Assembly: GCA_040437565.1 (NCBI GenBank)
Contig: JBDOQK010000076.1
Coordinates: 1-64,000 of the forward strand
Direction of reading: 5' to 3'
DNA: 64,000 nt
DNA from: Albugo candida
Lineage: Eukaryota
Part shown: positions 38,500 to 51,389 of the stretch, piece by piece
Numbering within the stretch: the first letter of the stretch is position 1
Layout of the letters: every line of letters begins with the position of its first letter
The notes under the pieces: generated by a model
Told to the model about the DNA's origin: nothing
The model's database searches: none
Seen by the model: the letters and a program-made list of their open reading frames with translations, nothing else
Program-made: the position numbers and the translations under genes

Positions 38500-40200
38500 C
38501 TCATCACATGTGAAAAGCTTTCCTCTTCCTGTTTGACGAATATTCGTGCCGAATTCAATAGCTTCGTACCATCGATTACAGAGAGGTTGCCTTCCTTGCA
38601 ATTATGGCATCGACGTATAACGTACAAAATTCGATCGAGTAGGTCAGTTCTACTTTGCATATTACCTGCTCCTGGCCAGCTGGAACGCTTTGGCGACATT
38701 TTGAAAGATATTTGGTCTGCCCGATGGCTTTCACAACGAGATGGTCTATTACTTGACATTTTGGCGTGGGTTCAAATGGAGTCACGGTATGGAACAATGG
38801 ACGCGACATGAGGTACTTTGTTCTTCTTGGAGTCCCAGGCGATGTAGTGGATCTTCCCTATTACATTTTGACGATACCAGGCATTATAAGTGCGATGCGT
38901 CTTGCAGAAACTTCCCGATGAGATCTTCCATCCAAGCTCTCAACCCTATCCTCAACATCTTGATGCTTGAACCAGAGTCCCCAACATTTGCGTTTTTTGC
39001 GAAAAAGATGAACCCATAATGGAGTCACGGGCTTTATACGCCCTACAAGGTATGCTTTCCGTCATCAAATTTATTGTCAGCATGCACCAGATCCCGTGAA
39101 TTGATTGCGAATAGCAATCCGGACCCTTGACCAATGAAATACTCGTTCGAATGAGACATCTGGATGATCTCGATACCATCATCGGTATAATCACACTTGC
39201 CACTTTACACTGATGGTTCTTACCTTGATTATTTCTCTCGTCTGTATTCGAAGTAAAATAATCTTTGTGAAAAGTTCTTTATGTCGCAGCCATCCGCGTG
39301 ACTATTTGCTACTAAGTTTACTGGGGGGCTTTGTGTGATACAGCAGAATTGACGATCCCATCTCCAAAACCATATATGCGCGTATGCTATTTGTCAACGC
39401 AAGCTCGACCATGCTTTAAAGACACACAAAGAGGATGGTTACAAGTTGAACAAGCTATTGGAAGGACACACAATACTAAAGCAAGAGTTTGCAAGATCCA
39501 AGGCGATGCTGGAGGAGTCCAAAGTTCTCATGGAGCATCAGCAGACAACTTATCGAGCTCAAGCGCGAAGGTGATTTGAAGACTTCAGAACTGACGGATG
39601 AAAAAACGGATCAGATTTTGACCGAGCTTCTTTTCTAAAAGCAACATCAATGCGACGAATCAAAGATGAAGCAACTAGAGCAAGCTAATTTGAAGCTCAA
39701 AGCGGAGGTGGTGGAGTCACGTGCAATGCTTGAAGATTTCAAAGCGTTTATGGAAATTGAGCTCAATCATTTGGGAAGTATCAAAACGGATAATGATGAA
39801 AGAATGATGCGTTCAATGGAATATGAAGAAGATGGATTTACCAATTGCCATCAAGGAGACGCAGTCCATGGGCATCAAGTGCACTCGGAAAATGACCTCA
39901 TTCCGTCATTGAAGATGCATATATACATGGTGGAATTGAAGCTCAAGAACAGCGAGTACAACAATCACATACTGCAAATGCAATTGGATCGGATGCAAAA
40001 TGAACTCGACAGTCAGCAGAGCTTGTAGGACGTCGCATGCAACTGGAAACCAGCATCCGACGCATTTGTCCATGACCTCATTTCGTCATTACGGATAGAA
40101 TGCAAAAGTGCTGGGCTTTGATGACCTCATTACGTCATTATGGATACTGCGAAGTCCCGGATTTGATGAACTCATTACGTCATCATGCAATTAGCTCTTC
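38500..40200 (+). pseudogene. Decayed coiled-coil protein gene with internal repeats
   Basis: Fragments KLLEGHTILKQEFARSKAMLEESKVLME (~39450-39535) and KQLEQANLKLKAEVVESRAMLEDFKAFME (39669-39755) are repeats of each other. ORF 39666-40028 has a heptad pattern. Confidence 0.5.
39892..40185 (+). repeat. Short dispersed/tandem repeat atga(c/a)ctcattNcgtcat, 4 copies
   Basis: Copies at ~39892, ~40072, ~40121 and ~40166, encoding D/N/H-D/E-L-I-x-S peptides. Confidence 0.8.
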
Positions 40201-40419
40201 TTGCTTGCAGTACTCAACTGTAATTAATATAAGTCAATTGTGCTATTCCGGTAGTTATTTATTTTAGAATGCTTGAAGGTATAGGCTCATTCTTATATCT
40301 TACATTGTAAGGCTACTAGCCTTAGCCTATTGTGATTGTAGTCATTCTAGGTGACACGTCCTTCATATGTGACTGATGCTCCTATACATTTACATAAATA
40401 GTCAAGCTAACAGTAATTC

Positions 40420-43400
40420 TACTCCATGTTGAGTACTCCAATATCGAAATTTACAAAATAGCACAATACACGCAAACCAATAGCGATCAATCGTCTAAAA
40501 TGGCTGGAATACATGCAAAGCGTTCGCTGCGCCGAGTCCGAGGAGCACATCCATCCGCCCTGTAATATGGTCATTGCAATTATATAGATAGGCTTGCCCT
40601 TCAAAGGAGTTTATTTTCCGGTTCATAAGAGCGCCTGCTTATTATTGCATCGGAAATTTCATAATGACATGGAGCAATCGGTCCCTTCGAAAGCGACGAA
40701 AATAAATCCGAAATCGCGGTGAAATATTGCACATTTCTCGAAGAAACGGTTGATGTTGACGTATCCGACCATCAGTCTATCCGCACGGCTTGCGCTGAGA
40801 AAGTATGCGATGATTGAAGTATTTACGATATCTAACGCGCCCTTCAACGACGTGAGCACCGGATATTTGCTCTCAACCATCAGCTCTATTTACATCAAAT
40901 GAATTGAGGGTATCAAGCGAGTGATATGACGACGCAGACGTCAAGATAGCAACCTCTTCAGATAGGGGGAATCGGCCAAGTTGGGCTCAAGTGTCCTACT
41001 AGTGCAAACATGAAAGCTCACTTGCAGATGCGATAAGATGCTATGGATAATTACTCAGTACGCCTTATCACAGTCGAACTTTTGTGCCATACGGAAGTCA
41101 AGAGCAAGGAGCGCGATTCACTTTAGCGACAAGATACGAGGGGAAATGATCGAAAGTTCGGCAGTGGATTGAAGGCGCGATTCTCGTGATTATGAGTAGG
41201 TATACAGTATCGGATTCATCTAGAGTAGCATCTTATACGGGTATACCAATGCGGGTAAGATTATGCTCTGCCATCGAATGCGCAGCATTACGATTGTATG
41301 GAAAATCACATATGCTCTAGAATCAACAGCTTCGCAAACCATTCGTATAAAATTCAGCCCTCAAAGGTTTGTTTGCCAACCGGATTTGTCACCGTAACGT
41401 GGAACGATTTTGAAGCTTCACCAGCGAGCAGCTACGGTTCGTGATAGGTGCATAGATACATGCATTGCTTTCTGTATGATAGCGATGTGCTTCCCACAAT
41501 TCAAAGAGCGGAGCGAGTGGTTGTCTATCTCTCGTGTACATCACTTACTGACAACTTTTCCATCCAAGTAATTAGTTCGTAGAGCAATACGAACGCCGAG
41601 AAATGAGGATTGCACAAATGTGAATGGCCCGGCTTCAACCAGTTTTCATTAATTTACGCTTCAAGAGTCGTACATTCTTATAATTCGTAATTTCAAAAAT
41701 TGAGTTGCATACCGACTCGGAGCAATCAGAACCCGTATATCGCAAACCACTCAGCAAAAAGTATACAAATGCCCGGTGGTTGTCATTCGAGCACATTGGT
41801 TGTGATAAAATCGGGATATTCCATACATCCAATTGAATTTCAGATACTTTCTGACTGAGGCACGCAAGTTGATAAATAAGCTGTATATGCACATGTTGGA
41901 AGTCTATAGACATCACGCACGGAAATGAATTTACCACATCGAGCAGATGCATCATCCATGTATCCTCTTTTTGGTGTTGTGTGTGAGTCAAGTTCAAAAC
42001 CTGGTCCACGCTAAGCCCGAGAGAGCATTCCTTTGTACCTTTATGCACCTTGACTGTTGCATATATCCAATCCAAAATGATTTTAAGTAGATAAGGACAC
42101 TTTATTTCCAAGTCGGGTATGCTCCCTTTTGCTGCAAATACAAGCTTCTCTTGGTCGAGATCTCTCAAAAACGTACTTCAAAACAGATGCAACAAGTTCA
42201 CACCGAGTCGTACGTCTGAGATCCATAAGATCGCTTTTGTTGCGATCAGTATGACGAAATCCTCATCCAGCACATCCCTCTTGTCACACACTCGAAGTAG
42301 AACATCATCCACAAAACCCACCACGTTCTGCTCGCATGCAAACTGGTCGTTTTGTTGAAAAAGCCTCGCTAACAAATTGCTCTCACTTGCGACCTCGATC
42401 GCATTCTTAACCATCGTTTCATCATCACCTTTCGCCCTCCCTGTAAGCGCTGTGAGCATAAGCATCTAATGGAGATGCTCCTCTGCGGACTCCATCAGAG
42501 CCAACTTTGTAAGGCGAAGCAGGCAAGCAAACTTGAACTCGTAATGTGAATTCTTCGTTGTATCCTTCACTATTTTCAGTTCCGTAAACCCTCGGATAAG
42601 CTCCACTTTCACAGCTTCTGGTAACCGCTCAATGCTTGACTTTCCTTGAAAGAACTCGTGAATAATCCAATCATTACACGAGCGGATTGTTAATGCCAAT
42701 AGTACGACACTTGCTGCTATTTCAAGTCGCTCAGAGCAAACGTATTTTAATGTCTTACTACAGCCATACAATTCCCAAAATAAATGCAGCAATTGGTTTA
42801 TTTCCACGACCGGAAACGCACACTGTGTTATACTGTTTTCATGTGACCACACAAATAGAGTGCACAATCGTCTTCATTGCTGTATACCGACACGCAGACA
42901 TTTCTTTCGATTCGATTTTGTGTCGAAATGCATCATATAAAAATCTCAAATTTGAGCAGAGAATGGGAGCTTTGCCCGTAATTTGCGCAAGCTGCTGATT
43001 GAATTGGTCTTTGAAGCGGGGTATCATAATCGGATGCTCTGCGAGAAGAAGACTTTGAGCTAGTAGAGCGCATGCTGTAGCGAGCTCGCAAGACTGGTGC
43101 TTGACCATCAATGCATCGACAATCTCGATGATGGAAAATTGATCGAGAGTAACCAAATTCTTGGATGCGTAAGCGTTAGTATCACCAACACAAAGGTGAA
43201 GCAGATTACATAGTCCTATCATAGCTGCGATACGCTGATCCACTCGTACGTTTTCATTCTCCAAAGCGGTGAAAAACGTTTTCTTTGGCCAAATTTCATC
43301 GAATTGATCTCGAGTGAACATTGACGGATACGAAGCAATGAGATTCGGCAAACACATGGCGCTGAACGTATTTTGACTGAACGCGTTCTCCAATTTCATT

Positions 43401-46400
43401 TTCCAGGTCTTTAGATACTTTTGGATGCATTGGAAATTGACCATATTGGAGCGTAAGCCTCTCGATAAGATTTTACCTCGTACACAAAATACGAGATCCT
43501 TAAGCGTATTATTGTCAGAAACCTGCTGATAAGTCACAGGCCATTCGTCCAATTCTGTGATCAATTGGACACACGATAAGAGTCCCAGCAATAGTATCAT
43601 CAATGCGGTGCAGGAAGCCCATGCAACCAACACACTCGAGTTCTCCACTGGCACAGCTTCTATGTTTTGCGAATTGAAAATATGCAACACTCGCTCTTGC
43701 AATTTCAATGTGTGCGATGCATTTGACGGTAGTGTCGCAGCGATGTTTGACAGATTTGATGATACAGCGCCTTTGACTTCAGTAACCCATACATTTGAAT
43801 TGTCGACTACCGTGAGTAAGCGTGCTTGCGTCAAAAGCACAATGGAAATGATGTACTCTCTCAGATTCCTATTGTTCGACTCTTTCGACTTGACCTGCGT
43901 CAGAACGATCGACAGTCTTGATGCAAGATCATTGTCGATGCGTACTCAGGTGATATGGTGATATATCGATACCAAAAGCATCACCAGCTGCTCATTCTGT
44001 TTTGTATTTCCAGTCGATTTCGGATCGACCAGAATCTCAAGGTTTTCTAGGAAAAAAGCAGAATTTCCGACCATTTTGTGATGAGCGTGTCATAGTGCAC
44101 CTTCACGCTTTCATTGAGCACACTCGAGATCGCTAGCCAGAAGTGTAGAGAACATTCGACAAAGGATTGCTTTTCCGTCCATTCGTCCACAAGCTTTAGA
44201 ATAATGTCCACAAACTTTGTCGGGCACTTTTGAAACTGTGCAATTGTCCATGCATCATGCACGTAAACTCGAAAATAATCATGCCAGTTCCTCAGCCAAA
44301 GCGTAAAGCGTAAGCAGTAGAATGTAAATACAATCTGCGTCGGAATTCATAGTATCCGATTGTATTCCTAGCAATGATGGCTCATTACGCAGCTAAATCT
44401 GGATCCCCGCCAGAACATTATCGAGATGTTGACCAAGCACACGAAGCTGTTTATTCCTGCGAGTTGAGTGAATTTGCTCGAGCGAGTTGATCGGAGGTAG
44501 AGGGCATAAAAAAGATGTTGACAAAGTTGGTAATTGAGCCAATTTTGCGATCGACCGCGTGACTTCTTTGGATTTCATAGTTGATATTCTAGTGTGATAC
44601 AAATCTGAACGCTTATTGAGAGGTGAGGATACACATTCGTGAATGTCGTGTGCTTGGGTATTGATCAGAGCCTTACATTCTGTCACCATAAAGCGACTCA
44701 TAATCTCCGCTACATGATTGCGACTCTCATGATCATGAGTTTGTTGTATAGCAAGCACAGCGTGCTGGAACAGCGACGATAGGTCAGAGTGTCGATCAAC
44801 GCCTACATGCGTCAAGTAGGCAGACGGAAGCAAGCGGATTGCATGCCACGCGGCTGACCATATGTCCTCTGAGAGGAGAGAATGACCACTGTCAACTTCT
44901 TTTTTATTGATCGCATGCTCCCAAAGACTATTGAGAAGCTGTTTCCGCTGCTTCTGAAAATCATGGTCAACTATTTGTGTGCTATCGATATTGTGCAGAT
45001 GAGCCAACAAGTAAAAGTCGGTGATAGATAGCTGAAATCGCGAATCCTGAATGTCGATAATCGTCTTCTTGCGACGAATTTTCGATTCCACAGCTCTGAA
45101 TGCAGCGATGGAATCGATCGCCAAACAAACCACCGGAACGACCGGATGCGAGAGACTAGTCTGAAGCTGGCTACAAAATCCAGACCACGTTCAGGATCAC
45201 ACTAGCAGATTGACAAGATTGGCGCCATTTGTACAATTTCCATCTCGGAACTTCCTTCTCATTCTTCTCTCCCTCAAACTCTTGACTCTGAGGTTTGCAG
45301 AGTGCAGCTTCCAGATGAGGATATAGCCGAGAATCATTTTTCCAGGCTGTGAAGAGCAGCTGTAAGGCTAAAGGACAAAGCTTGTAGCTTTTCTCCATAC
45401 ATTCAATCATCCTGCTGAAAATGCGAGTAGACTCGTTTGTCTTTGTACGGCAGGCTGCCATCAAATACATTGCATCAACGAGAAGTTGACTTGATTCTTC
45501 GTCATTCCCTTCTGTCTTATTTCCGTACCAAGATATGTAGAGCTTCAGCATCTTCACGAGTCGCATGATCCACTTCTTTCTCTCGCGCTTTTCATGTCTT
45601 CAGCGACTTCTTTAACGTGAGGAGTTTGTTGACTCAAAATCTTAAGCGTGTTCCTCAATTGATTCTGTATCACTTTACGAGAATCAAACAATAAACTGAG
45701 TAAGAAAAATTGCCCCAGACGATTGGAATGAAAAGTATTGGCAGTGTGGGTCCATTTTACACAGAGACGCTCGTCTGATGCGACACGCTGAAAACTAACC
45801 AAATGCGTTACGGTATCGAGTGCCTGAGCAACGTAAATGTCCATATGTGCCGCGTTTATCGATCGTCTTTTGACACTTTTCGATTGAAAGTGCATCTGAT
45901 ATTCGTAGTACTGATTGTAATAGCTTGGAGCTCTTGAAATCTTGCACCGAGCATAAGAGAGGCATGATCAGAGTATTGAGCGAGATTTTCTCACATCCTC
46001 TTTCCTCACAATCATTTTGAGTGAGTATCAGCTGCTCCAGGATCTGAAGGATGATACGTTGCTCGGCTGGAAAGCCTTCATTTTCCATCAGTAGGTACCC
46101 AATGCATGCAGCAGTGACGGAAACGCTTGGAGAACCGAAAAATCACGCACTATTTGTTGAAGAGGTTTCAGCCATGCAAAAATGTCACTCAACTTCATGC
46201 GATTTCCTCTTGGAGTAGTCAAAACACACTGAATGAGTGTCTCCACTAGCTCATGAGTGGGATTTGCATTTGATAACGCAAAATTCAGGTCAACGAAAAC
46301 TCTTATTATTATTTCACTACTGGCTGAGCGCACAAAGTTATTTCATCCAATCATATACGAAATAAATTAAAAACCAACTGAACTTTTATTTTATTATATA

Positions 46401-47214
46401 ATCTATATAGTAGATAGATAGAAAAATACAATAAACTTACATTCAAGTCAGGGTGACGCTTGCTAACAGCTAGTAATTGAACTTTCTATAACTGATATCC
46501 AGATGTTATTAAATCTCTCTTCATTCCAACAACTGAGGGGTGGCATGGAGAGTCTCGGAAAATAAACGCATGCGCTCATCTGGGGCTCCCTAATTGCCGC
46601 CGTCAGTAACAAGTGATATCTCAAAAGTGATATCTCGTGAACGGGAAAGGTGAACATTTCATTGATCTTATAATATTCTTGAATTCTGACGTTATCTTTA
46701 TTGTCCTATAGGGCGATATTGCGGAGTTGCAGTGCGGATCATGCGGCATCTGGGTTCAAGGAAAGTAGACGCATGCGCTCATCCAAAATCCTCCGATGCC
46801 ACATGCATTAGCCTGCTATGGATGCGCAATGTCTCTTCGGATCAAGGTACGTTTTATTACAAGCGCTTCGCGCAATTCGGCGGATCCCTTTTATCGGAAA
46901 ATAGTATTATATGCAACCAAATACACAGAACTCACGCCTGTGATTTCTATTGGTGGCAATCTCAACGGATACAGAAACAAGTCAGAAACATGGAAAACAG
47001 AGGCTCGCGTATCAAGGGACGAGGTGGCTGTAGAGGTAGCGGCGTGTGGACCTCATCAACAAGACGCTCGACCCACCCAGAAAAGTGCTTTGAAAGAAAC
47101 GGTTGGAAACAGTCTAAACTATGCGTTGTCGTTACAATGTGGGCACGTGCACGAAGTATTGGCTTGCGCAAGATGTCTTGAACGAGAAAAAAAGCTCGTT
47201 GAATCGCTTTTCAT
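40420..47214 (-). pseudogene. FOCAD: Focadhesin/RST1-like (DUF3730) ARM-repeat protein, disrupted
   Basis: About 6.8 kb of helical, Leu-rich minus-strand ORFs (up to 333 aa) separated by single stops or frameshifts. LALQLLFTAWKNDSRLYPHLE resembles focadhesin LRLLxxLWxKxDRVYPEL. There is a GTAAGT...CAG intron at 46324-46440 and a candidate ATG at 47214. Confidence 0.6.
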
Positions 47215-47219
47215 TTAAA

Positions 47220-47700
47220 TTCGTGTTTCTGTATTTGTATCATTTGTGATAATATATAATATAATACAGTGTATCATAACATTTTCATCTTTTTGAATTG
47301 TAAACAAATGCTTGTAGTGCTTTTCATTTTGTTTAGTATTTCTGCATTTGTAATATCTGTGACATATATATTATATTAGCTCATTTTTACCTACTACGCT
47401 TAATAAACCCATTTCATGCTCAAAAATTGTAGCAAACGACGTACACGGTAGGTGGGGATGTTACAACAGATGCAATCGTATAATATAAAAAAATGTTGAT
47501 TTTTTGGGAACCTTCGCGCGACATTTGTCTTGGGTTATTATATTCGAGTTATCATTATGTGAAAAATATGCTCGTGGACAGGAGTTAGTATAGGACTAAT
47601 ATTAGTCGTGTAAACAAATCAGCGCACACAGTCGGTCATTATATCTGTAGATAACAATATGCTTCAGTACGAAAATCTAATTAATAAAGAAAATGATTTT
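47220..47700. promoter_or_regulatory. AT-rich intergenic region between divergently oriented genes
   Basis: Markedly AT-rich and free of ORFs. It lies between the FOCAD-like gene (-) and the S33-like gene (+). Confidence 0.35.
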
Positions 47701-47899
47701 CGCGGTTCTTGATTATATAAATTATATTTGTATAACACAAAGTAGCGACGCAATTGGACAAGCAGACGGATTGCTCAATGTCTATCGTTGCAGGTGTCTA
47801 TATTTACCAGAATTAGACAAGCTACCTGCTCTAGTTGCCTATGCGATCTTGAATAACGAATATACAATACAAACGTTTCGTGAAATTGCTAATGAGAGA

Positions 47900-49050
47900 T
47901 GACGAAATGCACTATTGAATCAACCATGTCGTCGATTGGATATAATCACTCGGTTCACATTTTGGATTGGTCTAAATCAATAACGACCAGGAATGTGGCA
48001 CCACGCGCAAGTTTTCTCAACCGAACCGCTTGTGTAATTCGAAACACGCAATCAAGAACAGTCACCAGCTCGAATTCCGTCTTTATTTAATCGAGCTTAG
48101 TCCCGGAATTGACCACTATTTGTGCGATCATCGTTTTCGTGCACGGCGTTGGAGATCACGTAGAGGATACTTCCGATTGTTCTAGAGCGTAAGTGCGTGC
48201 GGCTTAGCTGTGACTGCGTACGATATTATCGACCACGACCAGAGAGAGTGTGGACGATGAGCCAGGAATTTGGGTGCAAACTCGAGTCTTTGATTATTTT
48301 TGTGGACGACACTAATTTCTTCCTCCACATTCTCAAAACGGACATTGTGCCTTCATACGGCCTCGACGAGTCAAAACTCTCCCTCATTTATATGGGGATA
48401 TCATATGGAACATTGGTCGGTTTACGCACAATACTATCAGGTATCCACACGTTCCATGCAGCTATGTTGGTGACAGCGGCCGTATGCGTGGAATGGACGC
48501 CAGCACTGCACGTGCAAGCCGCATTTGCTTCGATACTATCGCTCCTCATTTCTTGCAAAAGAATTGTATCATCGGTCCCTCTTGAGTGCCTCTGAAATCA
48601 GATTGAAGAAAGACAAACGTAATGAAGATGCGTTAAGTACGCTTGGATAATTGCCACTTTTGATTATGATTTGCTCAAAACATTTGGTGGTCAGTGTCTC
48701 ATCCGCGGAAGCTTTTCATAAACGTCTTGGTGATAAGAATCAAGAGCAAAAAGTGTTCAATTGAATGCATCACTGTCGATTTGAAGAACCAGAGCAGAAT
48801 CGGAACAAGTGTATGCGTATCTGGCGAAATGGTTGCAGAAACCGGTTTGAGGCAGAATCGAGTTATGCTATAGGTTCTACATCACGTTTTTAATATTCTG
48901 CATTCGATTTACATTCCTTATGAGAGAAAAGACCTCGAAACCTTTTGCTATGATACTCTGATATTGATCTGATTACGATCCCAAGTTTCTTGCTATTTCT
49001 ACAGGCAGTCCGAGACGCAGATAGAGCTCCCGGAATTAATCAGATAGAGC
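47900..49050 (+). pseudogene. Alpha/beta-hydrolase (peptidase S33/TAP-like) pseudogene
   Basis: Nucleophile elbow IYMGISYGTLV (~48385-48420; cf. oomycete S33 VYGVSYGT) and an upstream HGVG segment (cf. DHRGTG). Multiple disruptions. Confidence 0.55.
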
Positions 49051-49941
49051 TTATCAAGGGCCTCTTAATTGTCAGAGCGAGGACGCTATATTCATGAGTG
49101 AAATTGTCTTGTCGAAATGACGCAGCATGCAGAAATTTGAGCCGAAGGGGTCGCGCTGGAGGTGACGACGAAATATCCACAAAAGAATTGCAGCAACGCT
49201 AGGGAAAATGGACTGTTTGGCAACATAAATTGTAAAGAAGCATTTGCAAAGTAGTAGCAATTAGACAGAAAAATGACCATACATGCGCAACGAAGTAGAC
49301 GTGGGATTTGGACAGCAGTGCGAACAATCATATAGGAGCTGCGGTATATCTAACCCGACATCAGCAATGACCGCATTCACTGTCGAAGTGGCATGCTCTT
49401 GAGATAGGTGCACTCTAAAACCGATGAAAACGACATAATCAGGCGGCTATAATGTATCTGATATCCGTATGCGTTATTAGGGATTGTCCAAGTTCAATTT
49501 CTCGATTGAAAGATACAAGTTTTCTGCTATTGCATTGATCAGACTACGGCTTTATTCCTGACGCGTTAACATGCTTTGATAGAGAGGCCGAAGGTGAAAT
49601 AGGAAGAATGTACGGAAGCTGTTAACGCATCTATATCTATAACAGTTTACAACAGAGTTTTATTCCACCGTTTGTACATGTTCTAGAACCCAATCCAGCT
49701 CAGTCAGCTTCACGTATTTGTTTTCTGCCATATTTACGCAAGTAGTACAAAAGACCTAAACAAAGCGTGTCGATGTAATGTAACAGAAGAACATTCTCAC
49801 AGATTTTGCGGTCCCGGAGATAACAATTCTCTGTACTTTTAGCTTTTTTTTACTACGAAAGACATACTGAATAAAAAAGCGGTCTTACTCACTTTAACTA
49901 CTTTAAAAAAGGTTCTTTAGACGTGAATGAGGCTTGGATTT

Positions 49942-51030
49942 CTACATCATTCCTCCCATACCTCCCATTCTACCCATGCCACCCATTCCTTCCCCCAATC
50001 GGAGGTGCGTCACTGGCATCGGATGGTAAGTCTACAATCAAAACCTCAACCGTCATCATCAACGAGGCAACACTAGACGCATCCAAAAGACCTTTACGGA
50101 GCACTGTACTTTGGTCAATGATACCCGCTTCGACCATATCGACGTATTCTGAAGTTTGTGCGTTGAATTCGAACGATGCTTCTTTACCTGTGCAAAGCTT
50201 GCCGACTACAGCAGCTCCTTCTTCGCCAGCGTTTTTGGTAATCAGAGTAACTGGGGCTCGACAGGCACGTTGAATGATTTGCACACCGCCTTTTTGGTCC
50301 AGGTTTTCACATTTGTCGTACAAACCTGGAACACTTTTCGAAGACCAAAGAAGAGCATAACCTCCTCCATGAACGATACCTTCTGCTACAGCCGCTAGAG
50401 TCGCATCCAGTGCGTCAACAACTCGGTCTTTCTTCTCGTTGACTTCCAACTCACTTGCTCCACCGACTTTTATAACAGAAACTCCACCACTTAGTTTTGC
50501 TAATCTCTTGTAATTTTCCTTTCTCGTAGTCTGAAGTCGTCGCGTCAATCGAACCTCGCAGGAGACCACAGCGTTCCTCGACCAATTCAGGTGTTCCTGC
50601 GCCGTCCAACGTCAATGTGTCGTCTATAGTGATGGTCACTTTCTTTGCCGTTCCAAGCATATCCACAGAGTTAGTTTCCAGTCGATGTCCCAATTCTTCA
50701 GAGAACGCAGTTGCGCCTGTCATCACTGCCATGTCTTGAAATGAAGCCTCGCGGTTAACTCCAAAGCCAGGAGCTTTGACGGCACACACTCTACCTCCTC
50801 CCCGAATTTGTTTAATGACCAATGCCGCTGAGGCTTCGCTTTCGACATCGTCCGCAATGATCAAAAACGGACGCTTTTGCTAGACGACAGTCTGGAGTAC
50901 CGGTAAGATATTTGGAATGTTAATACTTTCTTTTCGACCAAAAGAATGAATTGGTTTTTCCAACTTGCATGATTGATTCTTGGTATCAGTTACGAAGTAA
51001 TAAAGTGAGATGTAACCACTGTGAATTGTT
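49942..51030 (-). pseudogene. HSP60: Mitochondrial-type chaperonin 60 pseudogene lacking the N-terminal third
   Basis: GYIS(L)YYFVTD, RPFLIIADDVESEA, VCAVKAPGFG, TTSDYEK, LAKLSGGVSVIKVGGASELEV, GIVHGGG and a terminal GMGGMGRMGGMGGMM-stop. There is an in-frame TAG at 50880 and frameshifts at ~50510 and ~49990. Confidence 0.95.
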
Positions 51031-51389
51031 AATTTGTCTGTCTGCCTCTTTATCTCTTCATATGTGTGTGACATCAACTTCAAGCCTTATTCCGATAGGA
51101 GAGTTCTATAACAACCAATAAGACAATCTTGAAGCCAAAAACACTGAGTTTTGTTGATATCAAGCTCATATCGTCGCAAAACTTGTATTAAAAGCAGTGT
51201 GAATCTTTTGTCGAGTACCGATCGCAGTTAACATCGGCTGTACTACACGGAGTTAGCTCTTTAGTAGATCACCGAGGCCGCTTGAAGCATCGTAACATTA
51301 AATCAAAGTGTCATGTACACTTGTCACAGTGTTACAGGAAAATTGCATATCTTATTGACTATGGAATTGTAATCTACCGCAAACATAAA

